Below are positions 50,863 through 64,000 of a DNA stretch of 64,000 bases, piece after piece. Position 1 is the stretch's first letter; the number at the start of each line of letters is the position of its first letter. This stretch comes from Pristiophorus japonicus (Eukaryota): contig NW_027252549.1 in assembly GCF_044704955.1 (NCBI RefSeq), positions 248,001-312,000 of the forward strand, written 5' to 3'. Below the pieces are notes generated by a model, which made no database searches, was not told the DNA's origin, and saw only the letters and a program-made list of their open reading frames with translations. The position numbers and the translations under genes were made by a program.

Positions 50863-53742
50863 ACCGGTTCTGGGGGAGGTTTGACATATACAAGCCGGAT
50901 GTCTGCACCTGGTCAGGACCAGAACCAATGTGCTGTGGGGACTGTTTGCTGGAGCTGTTGGTGAGGGTTTAAAATGCTATGGCAAGAGGATGTGAATCTA
51001 TGCAAGGAGACAGATGGAAGTAAAATGCGGGCAGAAGCAAAAGGTAGAATGGAAGTAAGGAAAGGTGAACAGCACAGAAATCTAAGACAAAATCAAAAAC
51101 GGCCACATCACATCATAATTCTAAAAGGAAAAGAGTGTTAAAAAAAACAAGCCTAAGTCTCTGTACCTAAATGCGAGGAGCATTCGTAATGAGGTGGATG
51201 AATTAACTGCACAGAAAGCTGTTAACGGATATGATGAAATTGGGATTATGGAGACATGGCTCCAGGGTGAACACGCTTGGAACTCAACATCCAGGGCTTT
51301 TCAATATTCAGGAATGATAGACAGAAAGGAAAAAGAGGTGGGATAGCGTTACTGTTTAAATAAGAGATTAACGCAATCGTAATGAAGGCTATTAGCATGA
51401 ATGATGAGGAATCTGTATGGGTAGAGCTGCGGAAAACCAAAGGTATGAAAGCGCTAGTATGAGTTGCGTACAGTCCACCAAACAGTGGTAGAGAGGTTGG
51501 GGATAGCATGAAACCGAAAATTAGGGATGCGTGCAATAAAGGTGCAGCAGTTATCATTGGTGACTTTAATCAACATGTAGATTGGACTAACCAAACTGGT
51601 ATCAATGCGGTGGGGGAGGATTTCCTGCAGTGTAAAAGTAATGGTTTTCTGGACCAGTATGTCGAGGAACCAACTAGGGAGCAGGCCATCCTAGGTTGGG
51701 TCTTGTGTAATGAGAGAGGATTAATTGGCAATCTTGTTGTGCGAGGCACCTTGGGGATGAGAGACCATAATATGGTAGAATTCTTCATTAAGATGGAGAG
51801 CGACACAGTTAATTTAGAGACTACTAAAAAGCAGCAATCCTGTGGACCTGCAGAAATTAAAAATTAAGCAGAGGAGGACAAAGGTTTATAAATAGGATGG
51901 TAAAAATAGATTATGAGAGAAAGGTTGCAGAAAACATAAAAAACTCACTCCAATTGCTTCTTTAAATATGTGAAGAGAAAAAGATTAGTGAAGACCAACA
52001 TAGGTCCCTCGCAGTCAGTATCAGGTGAGATTATAATGGGGAACAAAGAAATGACAGACCAGTTTACCAAATACGTTGGTTTTGTCTTCATGAAGGAAGA
52101 CACAAATAACATTCCAGAAATACTAGGGAACGGAGGGTCTAGTCAGAAGGAGAAACTGAAGGAAATCCATATTAGGCGGGAAATTATGTGAGGGAAATTG
52201 AGGCATTCAAGGCCAATACATCGCCAGGACATGATAGTCTGCACCCCAGAGAAATAAGGAAGTGGCCCTAAAAATAGTGGATGCATTAATGCTCATTTTC
52301 CAGTCGTCTATCGACTCTGGATCAGCTCCGATGGACTGGAGGGTAGCTAATGTGACACCACTTTTAAATAAGGAGGGAGAGAGAAAACCGGTAATTATAT
52401 ACTGGTTAACCTGACATCAGTAGTGGGAAAATGTTGGAGTCAAATATTTAATTTGAAATAACAGCGCATTTGGAAAGCAGTGACAGGATCGGTCCAAGTC
52501 AGCATAGATTTATGAAAGGGAAATCAGGTTGATAAATCTTCTAGAATTAATTGAGGATGTAACGAGAAGAGTGGATAAGGGAGAACCAGTGGATGTGATG
52601 TATTTGGACTTTCAAAAGACTTTTGACAAGGTCCCACACAAGATTTGAGGTGCAAAAAAAAAGCACTTGGTATTAGAGATAATGTACTGACCTGGATAGA
52701 GAACTGGTTTCAGACAGGAAGCATAGAGTCGCGATAAACGGATCCTTTTCAGAATGGCAGGCAGTGATTTTTGGCGTATTGATTTGGACGAAGGAATTGA
52801 TTGTATAATCTTGCAGATGACTCTAAGCTGGGTAGCGGTGTGAGCTGTGAGGAGGATGCTTAGAGGCTGCAGGATGACTTTGACAGGTTAGTTGAGTGTG
52901 CAAATGCACGGCAGATGCAGTATAATGTGGATAAATGTGAGGTTATCCACCTTGGTGGCAAATACACTATGGCAGAATATTATCTGAACGGTGGCAGATT
53001 AGGAAAAGGGGAGGTGCATCGAGACCTGGATGTCATGGTACTTTACTCATTGAATGTTGGCATGCAGGTACAGCAAGCGCTGAAGAAGGCAAGTGGTATG
53101 TTGGCCTTCACAGCTAGGGGATTTGAGTATAGGAGCAGGTAGGTGTTACTGCAGTTGTACTGGGCATTGGTGAGGCCTCACCTGGAATTTTGTGTTCAGT
53201 TTAGGTCTCCTGTCCGAGGAAGGACGTTCTTGCTATTCAGGGTGTGCAGCGAAGCTTCACCGCATTGATTCCCGGGATGGAGGGACTGACTATGGGGAGA
53301 GACTGGATCGTATGGGCCAGTATTCACTGGAGTTTTGAAGGATGAGAGAGGATCTCGTAGAAATATATAACATTCTGACGGGACTGGACAGGTTAGATAC
53401 AGGATAATCATCCCGAAGTTGGGGAAGTCCAGAACCAGGGGACATAGTCTCAGCTTAAGGCGTCAGCCATTTAGGCTTAAGATGAGGTGATACGTCTTCA
53501 CTCAGAGAGTTATTAACCTGTGGAATTCTCTATCGCAGAGAGATGCTGATGCCAGTTCATTAGATATGTTGAAGACGGAGTTGATATGGCCATTACGGCT
53601 AATGGGATCAAGGGGTATGCAGAGAAAGCAGGAAAGGGCTACTGAGGTGAATGATCAGCCATGATCTTAGTGAATGTTGGTGCAGGCTCGAAGGGCCGAA
53701 TTGCCTAATCCTGCACCAAATTTCTATGTTTCTATATTTCTA
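50860..53742 (+). mobile_element. HER1-like LINE (ORF1 end, ORF2 with internal deletions, 3' tail)
   Basis: IIGDFNQHVDW, PTREQAILGWVL, MQYNVDKCEVIH. Tail TTTCTATGTTTCTA at about 53722. Confidence 0.93.
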
Positions 53743-54085
53743 AACTGGTTCCACACATACTACCCTGCTCATTACGTCCTCAAAGATCTGCAGCAAATTC
53801 GACAAACATGATATTCCTTCAATAAAACCATGCTGACTCTGTTTCATTGAATCATGCTTTTCCAATGTCCTGCTACTGCATTCTTAATAATGGACTAAAG
53901 CATTTTCCCAAGGACAGTTAATCGGCTAATTGGTCTATATCATCCAGTTTTTGTCTGCCTCACTTTTAAATAAGGGCCTTACATTTTCGTTTTTCCAGTC
54001 TGCTGCGACCATCCCAGAAGCCGGTAAATTCTTATAGATAACAACGAATGCATCCACTATCCCTGCCGATATTTCTCTTAATGAA
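53743..54085 (-). mobile_element. CR1 RT fragment
   Basis: Reverse complement of the IVDAFV..,NYRPISL.., SQHGF..G.SC region. Confidence 0.7.
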
Positions 54086-54109
54086 GGTGATTCGCATGTT
54101 AATGTTTAG

Positions 54110-54240
54110 CTTCCCATTATATATCCTGTCAGATGTCCAATATATCTCCTGCAGGATATCCAATATATCTCTTGTAGTACATTCTCCATATCTCCTGTAG
54201 TATAACCAGTATCTTTCCTGCAGTATGTCCAATTTATCTC
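54110..54240. repeat. Short degenerate tandem repeat (~22-bp, ATATCTCCTG.AG.AT)
   Basis: About 5 copies of CCAATATATCTC.TG.AG. Confidence 0.55.
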
Positions 54241-54931
54241 AGAATGTAGAAATTAATCTGAACACCAGAATACTTTCCACTAATTGAACTATTCTCCAGA
54301 TGGCTTCATAATTTACAGGACCAGATGGACAGTCACAATTTTCCTACACAGCAAAACATTACCAGGAATAACACTGATACAGTCGATTGTTCAGCCACTG
54401 CCAGGTGGAGCGGCAATAATGTCGAGCTGTGCTGGGCTGCGGGGATTCCTGAACGCCGCCAGACAGGACGCGCTGCTCCAAGTCGCCACTCGCTCACTGT
54501 TTTGCGAAATGTATCGCAATCTGCTGCTATCCTCGACTGCCCCTGCAACTCACCCAGTCACACATCTGGGAAGTGGAGGTTCAATTACATCAAGCAGCCG
54601 ATGGGAAAATGTCCTGCCGCCATCATTGCGCTGTTTGCCAGAGCTGCATATGGTGTGTGGAGCGCGAGCGATGCCATCTATATGTGGGGCAGGGAAGGGG
54701 TCCTGAGGAACACCATCATATGTGTCTAGACAACGGATGTCACCAATTAGTGCAGGCGCGAGATGAGGTATTTGGGGCTGTGTGTTAGGGATCGTCATCT
54801 TTTACAGGTCACTGGTGACATTCCAGAGGGTCCTGACAGATCGGCTCTCCGCTCCCAGGGAGCTCAGTGCAGACAGCGTGTGAGTGAGTGTGATAATATT
54901 CACAACAAAGCAGAGCGGCTGGTACAGAATG

Positions 54932-55653
54932 GACCTAAAATTCTGGCATGGTCCCGGCGAGGCCTCCCAAAAGCTCGTTTTCGGGGTGCGATGTACATGC
55001 GCGGAAAATCGACATTTCCAGTCTGACAAAAATTTCTCCATGTGGATTCTCCACATCCCTGAGACACTGATATTCAGACGGATGAGATTGGGCTATTTGT
55101 TCAACTCATGCCCAGCGAATGTCCTTCAATTTCTGAAGACTGGTAAAAGCAGGTGCAGAGCCTACCAGCGTAAGAGTTATAAAACATATAAAAATTTAAG
55201 TTAAGTACACACTTTTATCGTTAAAAACCCTGTCCACTATGGTTAGTTTATTTTAAAAACTTGTAGAACGCATTTTTTTAATCCCAAAAACATGTATTTT
55301 TCCAGTATTTAATTAACTTTAATTTCAATGAATTTTATACATGTGAGCTGTTTTTTCATTTATTTTGCTGAGTTTCTTGTATTAGGGGGATATTCGCATT
55401 TATAGTAATCGGAATTAGTAAAAACGGAGTTCCCATTATTACCAATGAGATTACTGAAGAGTGATTGGTGGTCCAGGCCCACATAACTTCAGCTTTACCG
55501 GATGTATGAGGAAGTCATTTTCCCGCATGCTCCACATGGAATAAAGTCCTCTGATGGGAATCGAAGGCACCTCCGTGACCACCTCTTAATTTCGCAAAAA
55601 AGTTTCGGATCAGGGCGTTCCCAAAGGAAGCCGGCATCTGGAATTTCTCTCCC
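54932..55653. mobile_element. Non-autonomous DNA element (Harbinger-type MITE)
   Basis: Imperfect TIRs GGACCTAAAATTCTGG / CTGGAATTTCTCTCCC flanked by AAT on both sides (possible 3-bp TSD). AT-rich core, no ORF. Confidence 0.5.
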
Positions 55654-57374
55654 AATATCAGGCGTTATTGAGCTCTGAGGCTGTAAAGTCTCAACTGCAT
55701 GTTATCGTTTCATGACTTTTACAATTAAATAAAGGGATATTTCATCACATTCATCCACTGCTCCTGGAACCTAGTCAGTGTCACGACATAAATACCAGTA
55801 TTTGTGCAGTAACTCACAGTGACAGCATTCTATGATTATGTCCCCGAGTTCAAATCTCGCCTATCAGTGGAAACATCCTCTCTGCATCCACGTTATCAAG
55901 TTCCCGAATTTCCTTATATGCTTCGATATGATCGTGTCTCATTCTTCTGAATTTCAATGCGTAGAAGCCCGACGTACACAACCTTTCCTCAGATGTCACC
56001 CCCCTCATCACCGAGTGGAACCTCTCTGTGCTGCCTCCTAAGCAAGGATATCATTTTTCAAATATAGTAACCAAAACTACACGCAATATTCCTGGAGTGG
56101 CCTCACCAATACCATGTATACAAAATATCAACAAATATTAACTAAATGCAACAACTTGAACGACAGCGTGCCATTAATAACTGATTATCCCTTGGTATAT
56201 AGCAAGAATGATATTACATTTCAACGTGGTGGACACAATTAATAACTGAACATTGATACTAAATGGAACACCAACAGCTGCTAGTAGAGGATTGTAAATG
56301 TTTTGTATATCCCACATATTTTATTTTTATCTGCCCTTCCAGCAGCCACCTATCAAAATTGGTTTGCAAATCATCAGTAATGGAAGGGGGTGATGGCGAG
56401 GGAGGCACCGCCATGACTACCCTTCTGTGGGTCACTTCTGGTATCTGTGCTGGAGTCACCACGTTGATTGCGTGAGCTTACACAGTGAAGGGAGCTCCTT
56501 ACATAGAGCAGAGGGAAATCTCCAAATGACATCATTAAGCGTCACTGTAAGAGGCATTAATTACAGTCAGTGTACAAATAGACGCATTGAACCATTTCAC
56601 CACAACACTTTACTGCAACTTCATCTAGCTCACCTTATTATACACAGTTTTAAATTAAAAGTAAGATAATGTGTAATTTTTCACCAAACCATAATGTACC
56701 GAAAACTGGGCAGAGGGAACAGAATTCATCGTTCTGTTCTGAATTAAAACTGAGAACGAAAGTGGAGAAAGTGACAGAAACAAAGAGGGAATAAAAGGTG
56801 AAAAGATTTAGAGTCCCAATCTTGTCTCTGTTTTAATCGAACCCATGCCATCAGGGTAAAAATATTCCCCAAAAATAAATGTGCCTAAACTGCAATATCT
56901 GGGAGATAATCGCTGTAATGAAACAATGGGACACGCCGAAACGACACAGCTCCAGCCTTAATCCATGAATTCCATTCCGAGAGCCCGATAGATTAGAGTG
57001 GTTCCACTTCAGTCCAGGAGTTCCATTCCCGGGGTTTTCTACATTGTCTGACACTCGATCCAGAACAACAGTTTAATTCTAAAGAATTACATTACCCAGC
57101 AAAACGCCCTTTATCGAGGGGAACAATCATAAAAGGAGCAAAGGGTTGATACCAAATAATCAAAGGCAAATGCTTAAAATATTAGCCATTGAGGTAAGTA
57201 CCCTGTATATAATTCAATACTCCATGAAACGCTCTGGTTACATTGGATCCTCGCACAATCTTACTCAGATAAACGTCCCTAACTATCAACATTCTGGACT
57301 ATTCTATCATCATCCCAGTGTAAGTCCTGTTCCAACGGCAGCACATCACCAGTGAAGTTGGTGGCACATTAGTC

Positions 57375-58240
57375 TACATTCGGAAAGAAGTGGCCCTGGG
57401 ATTCCTAACATTGACTCCGGACCACATGACTTCTGATGGAATTAGGTCAATCACGGACAAGAAAACCTCATGCAGTTTACCACCTGTCGCCCTCCCCCAG
57501 TTGAGGAATCGGTACTCTTCCATGTTGAACAACACTTGGAAGAAGAATTGAGAGTAGCAAGGACACATAATGCACTCTCATTTGGAGATTTCAATGTCCT
57601 TCACCAAGAGTGGCGCTGGGGATCCAGTACTGACAGAGCTAGCTGAGTTCTGGTCATGTGACAAATGGTGAGAGGACCAACATGAGAGAAACACCAACTT
57701 GAACAGGTCCTCCCCAATCTACCTCTCGCACACATTATTGAAAACTGTGAACACAACACAGTCATTGTGGAGACAAAGACCCTTCTTCACATTAAGACAC
57801 CCTCCATCGTGTTGTGTGGCACTACCACTGTGCTCAATGTTATAGCTTCAGTACAGTATTGGCAGTCCAAAACTGGGCATCCATGATGGTCCAATAGCAG
57901 CAGCAGAATTGCATTCCACGACAATCTGAAACCTCACGGACCAGTACGCTCCTCACTCTACGATTATTGTCAAGCCAGTGGCCAACACCGTTTCACTGTG
58001 GAGTGCAGATGAGCAGGCCAGAAGCCGAATACAAAAAAAATAACGAACCAACCTTGTGAAGCAACAACACAGGACAACATATATGCTAAAGTGTGGAAGC
58101 AGCAAGTAAGCTAGTAAAATACAAAGCTAAGAGAGATGACAAGCAAAGTAAAAGATAAAAGCTCTGCAGTAGTTTCGCATCGAGGCTTGAACGGCGATGG
58201 ATAATTAACAATTAATAGTCAGAGAAGGCACCATGAACGT
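57375..58240 (+). mobile_element. Old L2/CR1-group LINE endonuclease fragment
   Basis: Degenerate ALG.LNIDSGPH..TTCRPP..VLFHVEQHLEEELRVA..GDFNVLHQEW APE motifs. Confidence 0.7.
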
Positions 58241-58739
58241 GTTGCCCTTGTCGTTCAGGTTAAGCTTAGTTGGGAATTTGGGAGGTGCAGCCGAAGAAGC
58301 CTCGGCGAGTTGCTGCAGTGCATCTTATAAATGGTACAGACATCACTTCAAAAGTCTTGATGTTAGAATCCGTGGATACACCTTGTAACTCCGAATTCAA
58401 CCTACTGGGAATGTGTTGCATTTTCAAAAGCAGCCCAGTTAAAATCGCAATGGCCCATCGCTCTACAACAGATGGGCACCAATATTCCAGTCTCCGACCC
58501 ATCAAATTCAGAAAGTTTTTTATTTTCTGTTGCAATTGCCATGGAGTATTTTATGAAGCAGCACAAAGTTTTATAAATCAGAATGTTAAAAAATACTTCG
58601 TCCACGTGGGGAATTTGATTCCCGGTGTCCTGTGAGACAGGCGTGGATACTCACCATTATATAACCGAGCAACTGACAAATGTAGAAACTGTGAGAGCAG
58701 GAATCAAGCTGTGATCACAACTGGAGGCAGTGAGAAAGG

Positions 58740-58915
58740 AATATTAAAACAGAAAATGCTGGAAATCTCAGCCAGGAGGCAACATCTGTAGGGAGAAAAA
58801 CACTTAACGTTACAGGTCGATGACCCTTCGTCAGTTTCTTCCTGACCTGATGAGATTTCCTGCATTTTCCGTTTTATTATAGATTCTGGCATTCACAGTA
58901 CTTTGCTTTTGTATT
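58740..58915. mobile_element. Palindromic Penelope terminal-repeat element with minimal hammerhead-like core (- strand 58804-58834)
   Basis: Arms AAAACAGAAAATGCTGGAAATCTCA / TGAGATTTCCTGCATTTTCCGTTTT are inverted. Minus strand reads CTGACGA AGGGTC ATC GACCT GTAA CGTTA. Confidence 0.7.
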
Positions 58916-58977
58916 AGTGAGAAAGAGAAAGACAAATTGTGAGACAGAGACAAAGCATTTGTTATAATCTGAACAAG

Positions 58978-61242
58978 AGTCCCTGAACTTCGAAAACCTC
59001 TGGAACTTTTCAAGGACCGATGTCGAGATCCAGAACCTGTTACCAATACTGTCTTCTGGTTCTTACATCGCTTCGAGTTAGGCCATTTCAGTTTCCGCAA
59101 TATGCGGGTGACGGAATCTTTCTACCAATTCCTTTGGCTTTCCCATTGTGTACTTGGCGAGAAAGTTAAGCTTCTGCATGGCTGGTGTGGTCGCCAATCT
59201 ACCATGGCTTGGAACGTGTGGCGCCATGACTGAAACATGATCGGGTGCCCCTCATAAACATCGGTCTTGTGTGCAGGCTGGCGCTGCTGAGCATGATTGT
59301 TGGTAATGCTATCATTAGGTCGAGATTTGGCTCCCCACTGTTGCTGCCAGCTCAACAGGACGGAGGATAGAATAGTTCTTAGTAACTGCTGACTGGTGGC
59401 ACAGTTCTTCGTTCCGTTCCAGATGGATGAAAGATTGGGTCCGCTGGCTGAACGCGGAAAGAAGGAAGACCGCAAGGTGCCAAAACTAAGAGGCATGGAC
59501 ATTTGGGGTCTGCTTCGATGTGGTTCAGACCCAAGGGCTCCGTACCTCTTGCTCGCCTTGCTGCATTTCCTCGACCCTTGCTTGCTGTACGTCGGTGGTT
59601 TTCCAGGCTCGAAGTATACTGAGGTCCGCCGCGATCTTCACTCCTGCCACTTTCACCTCAGCCGTTTGTCTCGCTATGACCTCCTCGAAGTCTGAATTCT
59701 TTGTGGCAGTGGCAGCCTCGGCACGAGCATGGATCAAACAAAAGCAGTGCAGATGCAGTACAATGTGGAAAAATTTGAGGTTATCCATTTTGGTGGCAAA
59801 AACATAACAGGAATGCTGAATATTACCTGAGATGCGACAGATTTGGAAAAGTGGAGGTGCAACGAAACCTGTGTATCATGGAAGATCAGTCATTGAATGT
59901 TGGCATGCTGTTTCAGCAGGCGGTGAAAAAGGCAAATGGCATGTTGGCCTTCAAAGCGAGGAGATTTGAGTATTGGAGAAGGGAGGTTTTACTGCAGTTT
60001 TACAGGGCCTTATTGAGGCCTCAACTGGAATATTGTGGTCAGTTTCGTCACCTAATCTGAGCATGGGTCTTCTTGCTATTCAGGGAGTGCAACGAAGGTT
60101 CACCAGACTGATTCCCGGTATGGCTGGACATTCATGTGAGGAGAGACCGGATCAACTGGGCCTGTATTCACTGGAGTTTAGAAGAATGAGAAGGGATCTC
60201 ATAGATACATATAAAATTCTGACGGACCTGGACAGGTTAGATGCACGAAGTATGTTCCTGATGTTGGGGAAGTCCAGAACCAGGGGTCACAGTCTATCGA
60301 TAAGGGGTAAGCCATTTAGCACCGAGATTAGGAGAATCTTCGTCACTCAGAGAAGTGTTAAGATATGGAATTCGCCGCCGCAGAGATTTGTTGAAGGTAG
60401 TTCATTAGATATATTCAAGAGCGAGTTAGAAATGGCCCTTACGGCTGAAAGGTTCAAGGGGTATGGAGAGAAAGCTGGAAATGGGACTGAGATGAATGAT
60501 CAGCCAGAATCTTATTGAATGGTGGTGCAGGCTCGAAGCCGGAATGGCCTAATCCTGCACCTATTGTCTCTGTTTCTTTGTTTCTATTTAGTCCGACGAG
60601 AGGACGATGCACTGCAGGTCCTTGTGGAGCGTCCCAACCATCTCTTGCCATTCAAGCTAATGCTAGACGGTGAATCCAGGGCCGTGGTGCGGAGCGACTC
60701 CGTCACATGAGCAATGGCGATGATGCCTGACCGTGATTCCCGGCACGCGGAGTGGAGACAGTCCGTCATGTGGGCGATTGCGTTTTTCGCGAGTTCTCGT
60801 TCTCTCGGAACTTCGACTCTGTTTGTTCAGCATCTTCCTTAAATGCTCCCGATTTATCTTGAGGGGTCGCAGATCGCAGAACACAGGTTCTGATAAGTTT
60901 GGATTGCTGAGAAAACCTCGACCGTGGTTGTGGCAGGGCGTTCTCATCATCTGGAACATCTTGAAGTTTTTGAAGAATTACTTGAGTTCTCCACTCGTGA
61001 CGATGTCATTTATTTTTCTTGCTTCTCTGTCATTGCTGAGGACTTTTACGGCAGTGTATCTCTCTCCATGATCGACTCCGAGTGTCTTGCTCAGGGGAAG
61101 AGATCTCTTCGAGCTCTCAGCATAGAATGTTGTCGTGCAGGGTGTTTGTGCAATCGGGAATGCCTGACATGATAATCTTCTGCTGGTGATCTGAGCGATT
61201 ACTCGAGTAATACTTACGTCGTGCTTCACCGTTATTTTTCAC
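58978..61242 (-). mobile_element. BEL/Pao LTR retrotransposon 5' internal region (gag, DUF1759-like), degenerate, split by a HER1 insert
   Basis: SASSSRRTK|..ARAEAATATKNSDFEE coiled-coil linker. VYEGHPIMFQSWRHTFQAMV followed, after a frameshift, by QKLNFLAKYTMGKPKELV, matching the BEL gag pattern FxGDPxxYxxW..F...KL.YL..YT.G.PK.LV. Confidence 0.8.
59748..60588 (+). mobile_element. HER1-like LINE 3' fragment inserted in BEL gag
   Basis: ANGMLAF, LLRPQLEYC, LYSLEFRRMRRDL, TRGHSL, with a TTTCT-type tail. Confidence 0.93.
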
Positions 61243-61510
61243 TGTACCGGTTGCTGTCAGAGTGCAGCACACCACGACCCAGCTTCAACAGTGCAGCAAG
61301 AAAGAGCGTCCGAATCCCAATCCTTTATATAAGGCAGTTTGAGCCTGTTGATAAAGAATAACAGACAGATGTTACATTCTTGTAGCTGAAAGTTTACAAT
61401 GAAAGAAAACAGTTATACAGAGAGGTTGATTATCTCTTACTTTACATCACATATAAATACAACATTTCCAGACCAATTGGAAGCGGGGAATTTAATTACA
61501 TAACCATACA
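61243..61510 (-). repeat. Putative 5' LTR of the BEL/Pao element (outer boundary uncertain)
   Basis: Minus strand ends ...GGTACA|GTGAAAAA just before the gag leader, with TTATATAAAG about 80 nt inside. No second LTR in the window. Confidence 0.4.
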
Positions 61511-61838
61511 TCTCGGATGGTTTGCTGCTATGGAAGATTAGTTTCTAATCATTAAAGTTACAGATAGTGTGAGCTAAAATTTATGCTGTTATCCATGCTT
61601 GCAGTTTTGTTTTCAATTTCCTTTTGTCATTCCAATCGGAAAACGCGTCCAAGTCTGGTGGTGTGGGGGGGGGGGGGGTTGGGGGATGGGGGGAGGATAT
61701 GACCAGTACGGTATCCCTAAACGGACAAAAATTCTTCAAATGAATATACTCCCAGCATTACATAAGTCTCCACAAAAGTCATAAAGCATTTAAACTTTTC
61801 CAGATTCCAATACCAAGACTTTCACCTGTTCTTGTGGT

Positions 61839-64000
61839 ACATAGAAACATAGAATAAAAAAAATAGTTGCAGGAGTAGGCCATTCGGCCCTTCTACCCTA
61901 CACTGCCATTCAATAAAATCATGACTGATCATTCCCTCATTATCCGTTCCAAGCTTTCTCACCATACCCCTTGATCCCCTTAGCCGTATCGACCTTATCT
62001 AACTCCCTCTTAAATATATCCAATGAACTGGCATCAACAACTCTTTGCGGCAGGGAATTCCATAGGTTACCAATTCTCTGATTGAAGAAGTTTCTCCTCA
62101 TCTCAGTCATAAATTGCCTACCCCTTATCCTAAGTCTATGTCCCCTGGTTCTGGACGTCCGCAACATCGGAAACATTCTTCCCGCATCAACCCTGTCCAA
62201 TCCCGTCAGAATCTTATATGTTTCTAGGAGTTCCCCTCATCCTTCGAAACTCCAGTGAATAAAGTCCCAGTTGATCCAGTCTCTCCTCATAATACAGTCC
62301 AACCATCCCTGGAATCAGTCTGGTGAATCTTCGCTGCACTCCCTCAAAAGCAATAACGTCCTTCCTCAGATTAGCAGATCAAAACTCAAAACAATGTTCC
62401 AGGTGAAGCCTCACTAAGGCGCTGTACAACTGCAGTAAGACCTCCCTGCTCCTATACTCAAATCCACTAGCTATAAAGGCCAGCAAACCATTTGCCTTCG
62501 TCCCGCCTGCTGTAACTGCATGCCCACTTTCAGTGACTGATGAACCATGACACCAAGGTCTCGTTGCACCTCCCCTTTCCCTAATCTGCCGCCATTCACA
62601 TAATATTCTGCCTTCGTGTTTTTGCCCCCAAAATGGTGACCTCACATTTATCCACATTATACTGCATCAGCCATGCATTTGCCCACTCACCAAACCTGTT
62701 CAAGTCAGCCTGTAGCCTCTGAGGCTCCTCTTCAGAACTCACACCGCCACCAAGTTTAGTGTCATCGCCAAACTTGTAGATGTTACACTCAATTCCTTCA
62801 TCAAATCGTTAATGTATATTGGAAAGAGCTGGCGTCCCAGCACCGAACCCTGTGGAACCCCACAATCACTGCATGCCTTCTGGAAAGGATTGGTTTATCC
62901 CGACTCGCTGCTTCCTGTCTGCCAACCAGTTCTCTAACCACGTCAGCACGTTAATCCCACTACCACGCACTTCGATTGTGCACACCAATCTCTTGTGCGG
63001 GATCTTGTCAAAAGCCTTTTGAAATTCCAAATACACCACATCCACTGGTTCTCCCTTTCCACTCAGCTAGTTATCTCTTCGAAAAATTCCACAAGTTTCG
63101 TCCATCCTGATTTCCCTTGCATAAATCCATGCTGACTTGGTCCGATCCTGTCACTGCTGTCCAAATGCGCTGCTATTTCATTCTTAATTATTGATTCCAT
63201 TATTTTCCCCACTACTGATGTCAGGCTAACTGGTCTATAATCACCCCCTTTCTCTCTCCCTCCTTTTTAAAAAGTGGTGTTATATTAGCTACCCTCCAGT
63301 CCATAGGAACAGATCCAGATTCGAAAGACTGTTAGAAAATGATCACCAATGCATCCACTATTTCTTGGGCAACTTCCTTAAGTACACTGCGATGCAGTCT
63401 ACCAGGCCCCGGGGTTTTATCGGCCTTCAATCCCATCAATTTCCTGAACACAATTTCACACCTAATAAGGATATTCTTCAGCTCCTCCTTTGCTCTCGAC
63501 CCACTGTATCCTAGTACATTCGGAAGGTTATTTGTGTCTTCCTTCGTGAAGACAGAACCGAATTATTTGCTCAATTGGTCTGCCATTTATTTGGTCCCCA
63601 TCATATATTCACCTGAATCCGACAGCAAGGGACCTACGTTTGGCTTCACTAATCTGTTTCTCTTTACATATTTATAGATGCTTTGGCAGTCAGTTTTATA
63701 CGTTCCTTGCAAGCTTCTTCTCGTACTCTATTCCCCCACACACCTTAATTAAACCCTTAGTCCTCCTCTGTTGAATACTACATTCTCGCATCCTCTGTTT
63801 GTTGCTTTTTCTAGCCAATTTATATGCCTGTTCCTTGGCATTAACACGATCCTTAATTTCCCTAGTTAGCCATTGTTGAGCCACATTCCCCGAATTATTT
63901 TTACTCCAGACAGGGATGTACAATTGCTGAAGTTCATCATGTGATCTTTAAACATTTGCCATTGCTTATCCACCGTCAACCCTTTATGTATCCTTTGCCA
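61839..64000 (-). mobile_element. HER1-like LINE ORF2 and 3' end, running off the window
   Basis: Tail ACATAGAAACATAG at 61839. TRGHRLRIRGR, LVRLHLEHC and YIPVWSKN fragments. Confidence 0.95.

Noticed and set aside
60590-61170. Minus-strand frame from the ATG near 61170 interrupted only by TGA codons (selenoprotein or readthrough idea)
   Set aside because: BEL gag similarity lies in a different frame near 60600, no SECIS is evident, and TGAs are expected from CpG decay.
61660-61700. Poly-G tract as a functional element
   Set aside because: It is a simple low-complexity run with no supporting context.

Overview
Eukaryotic, very repeat-dense vertebrate DNA, most consistent with a cartilaginous fish (shark/ray). 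Well over half of the window is decayed CR1-clade LINEs of the HER1 type (SGNH-esterase ORF1, APE-RT ORF2, (TTTCTATG)n or (TTCTTATG)n tails). It also holds RTE, L2-like, Penelope, PIF/Harbinger and BEL/Pao relics and five minisatellite arrays. One apparently intact host gene is present: a two-exon, 324-aa class A GPCR of the GPR139/GPR142-like group (exon 1 10163-10226, exon 2 16315-17225). A truncated pseudogene paralog lies at 21376-21860 within a ~1.06 kb local duplication. Other items are a decayed tRNA-Thr copy, Penelope-type minimal hammerhead motifs and some unidentified exon-like segments. Most ORF-track entries are transposon fragments or antisense shadows. Repeat boundaries were read by eye and are approximate.
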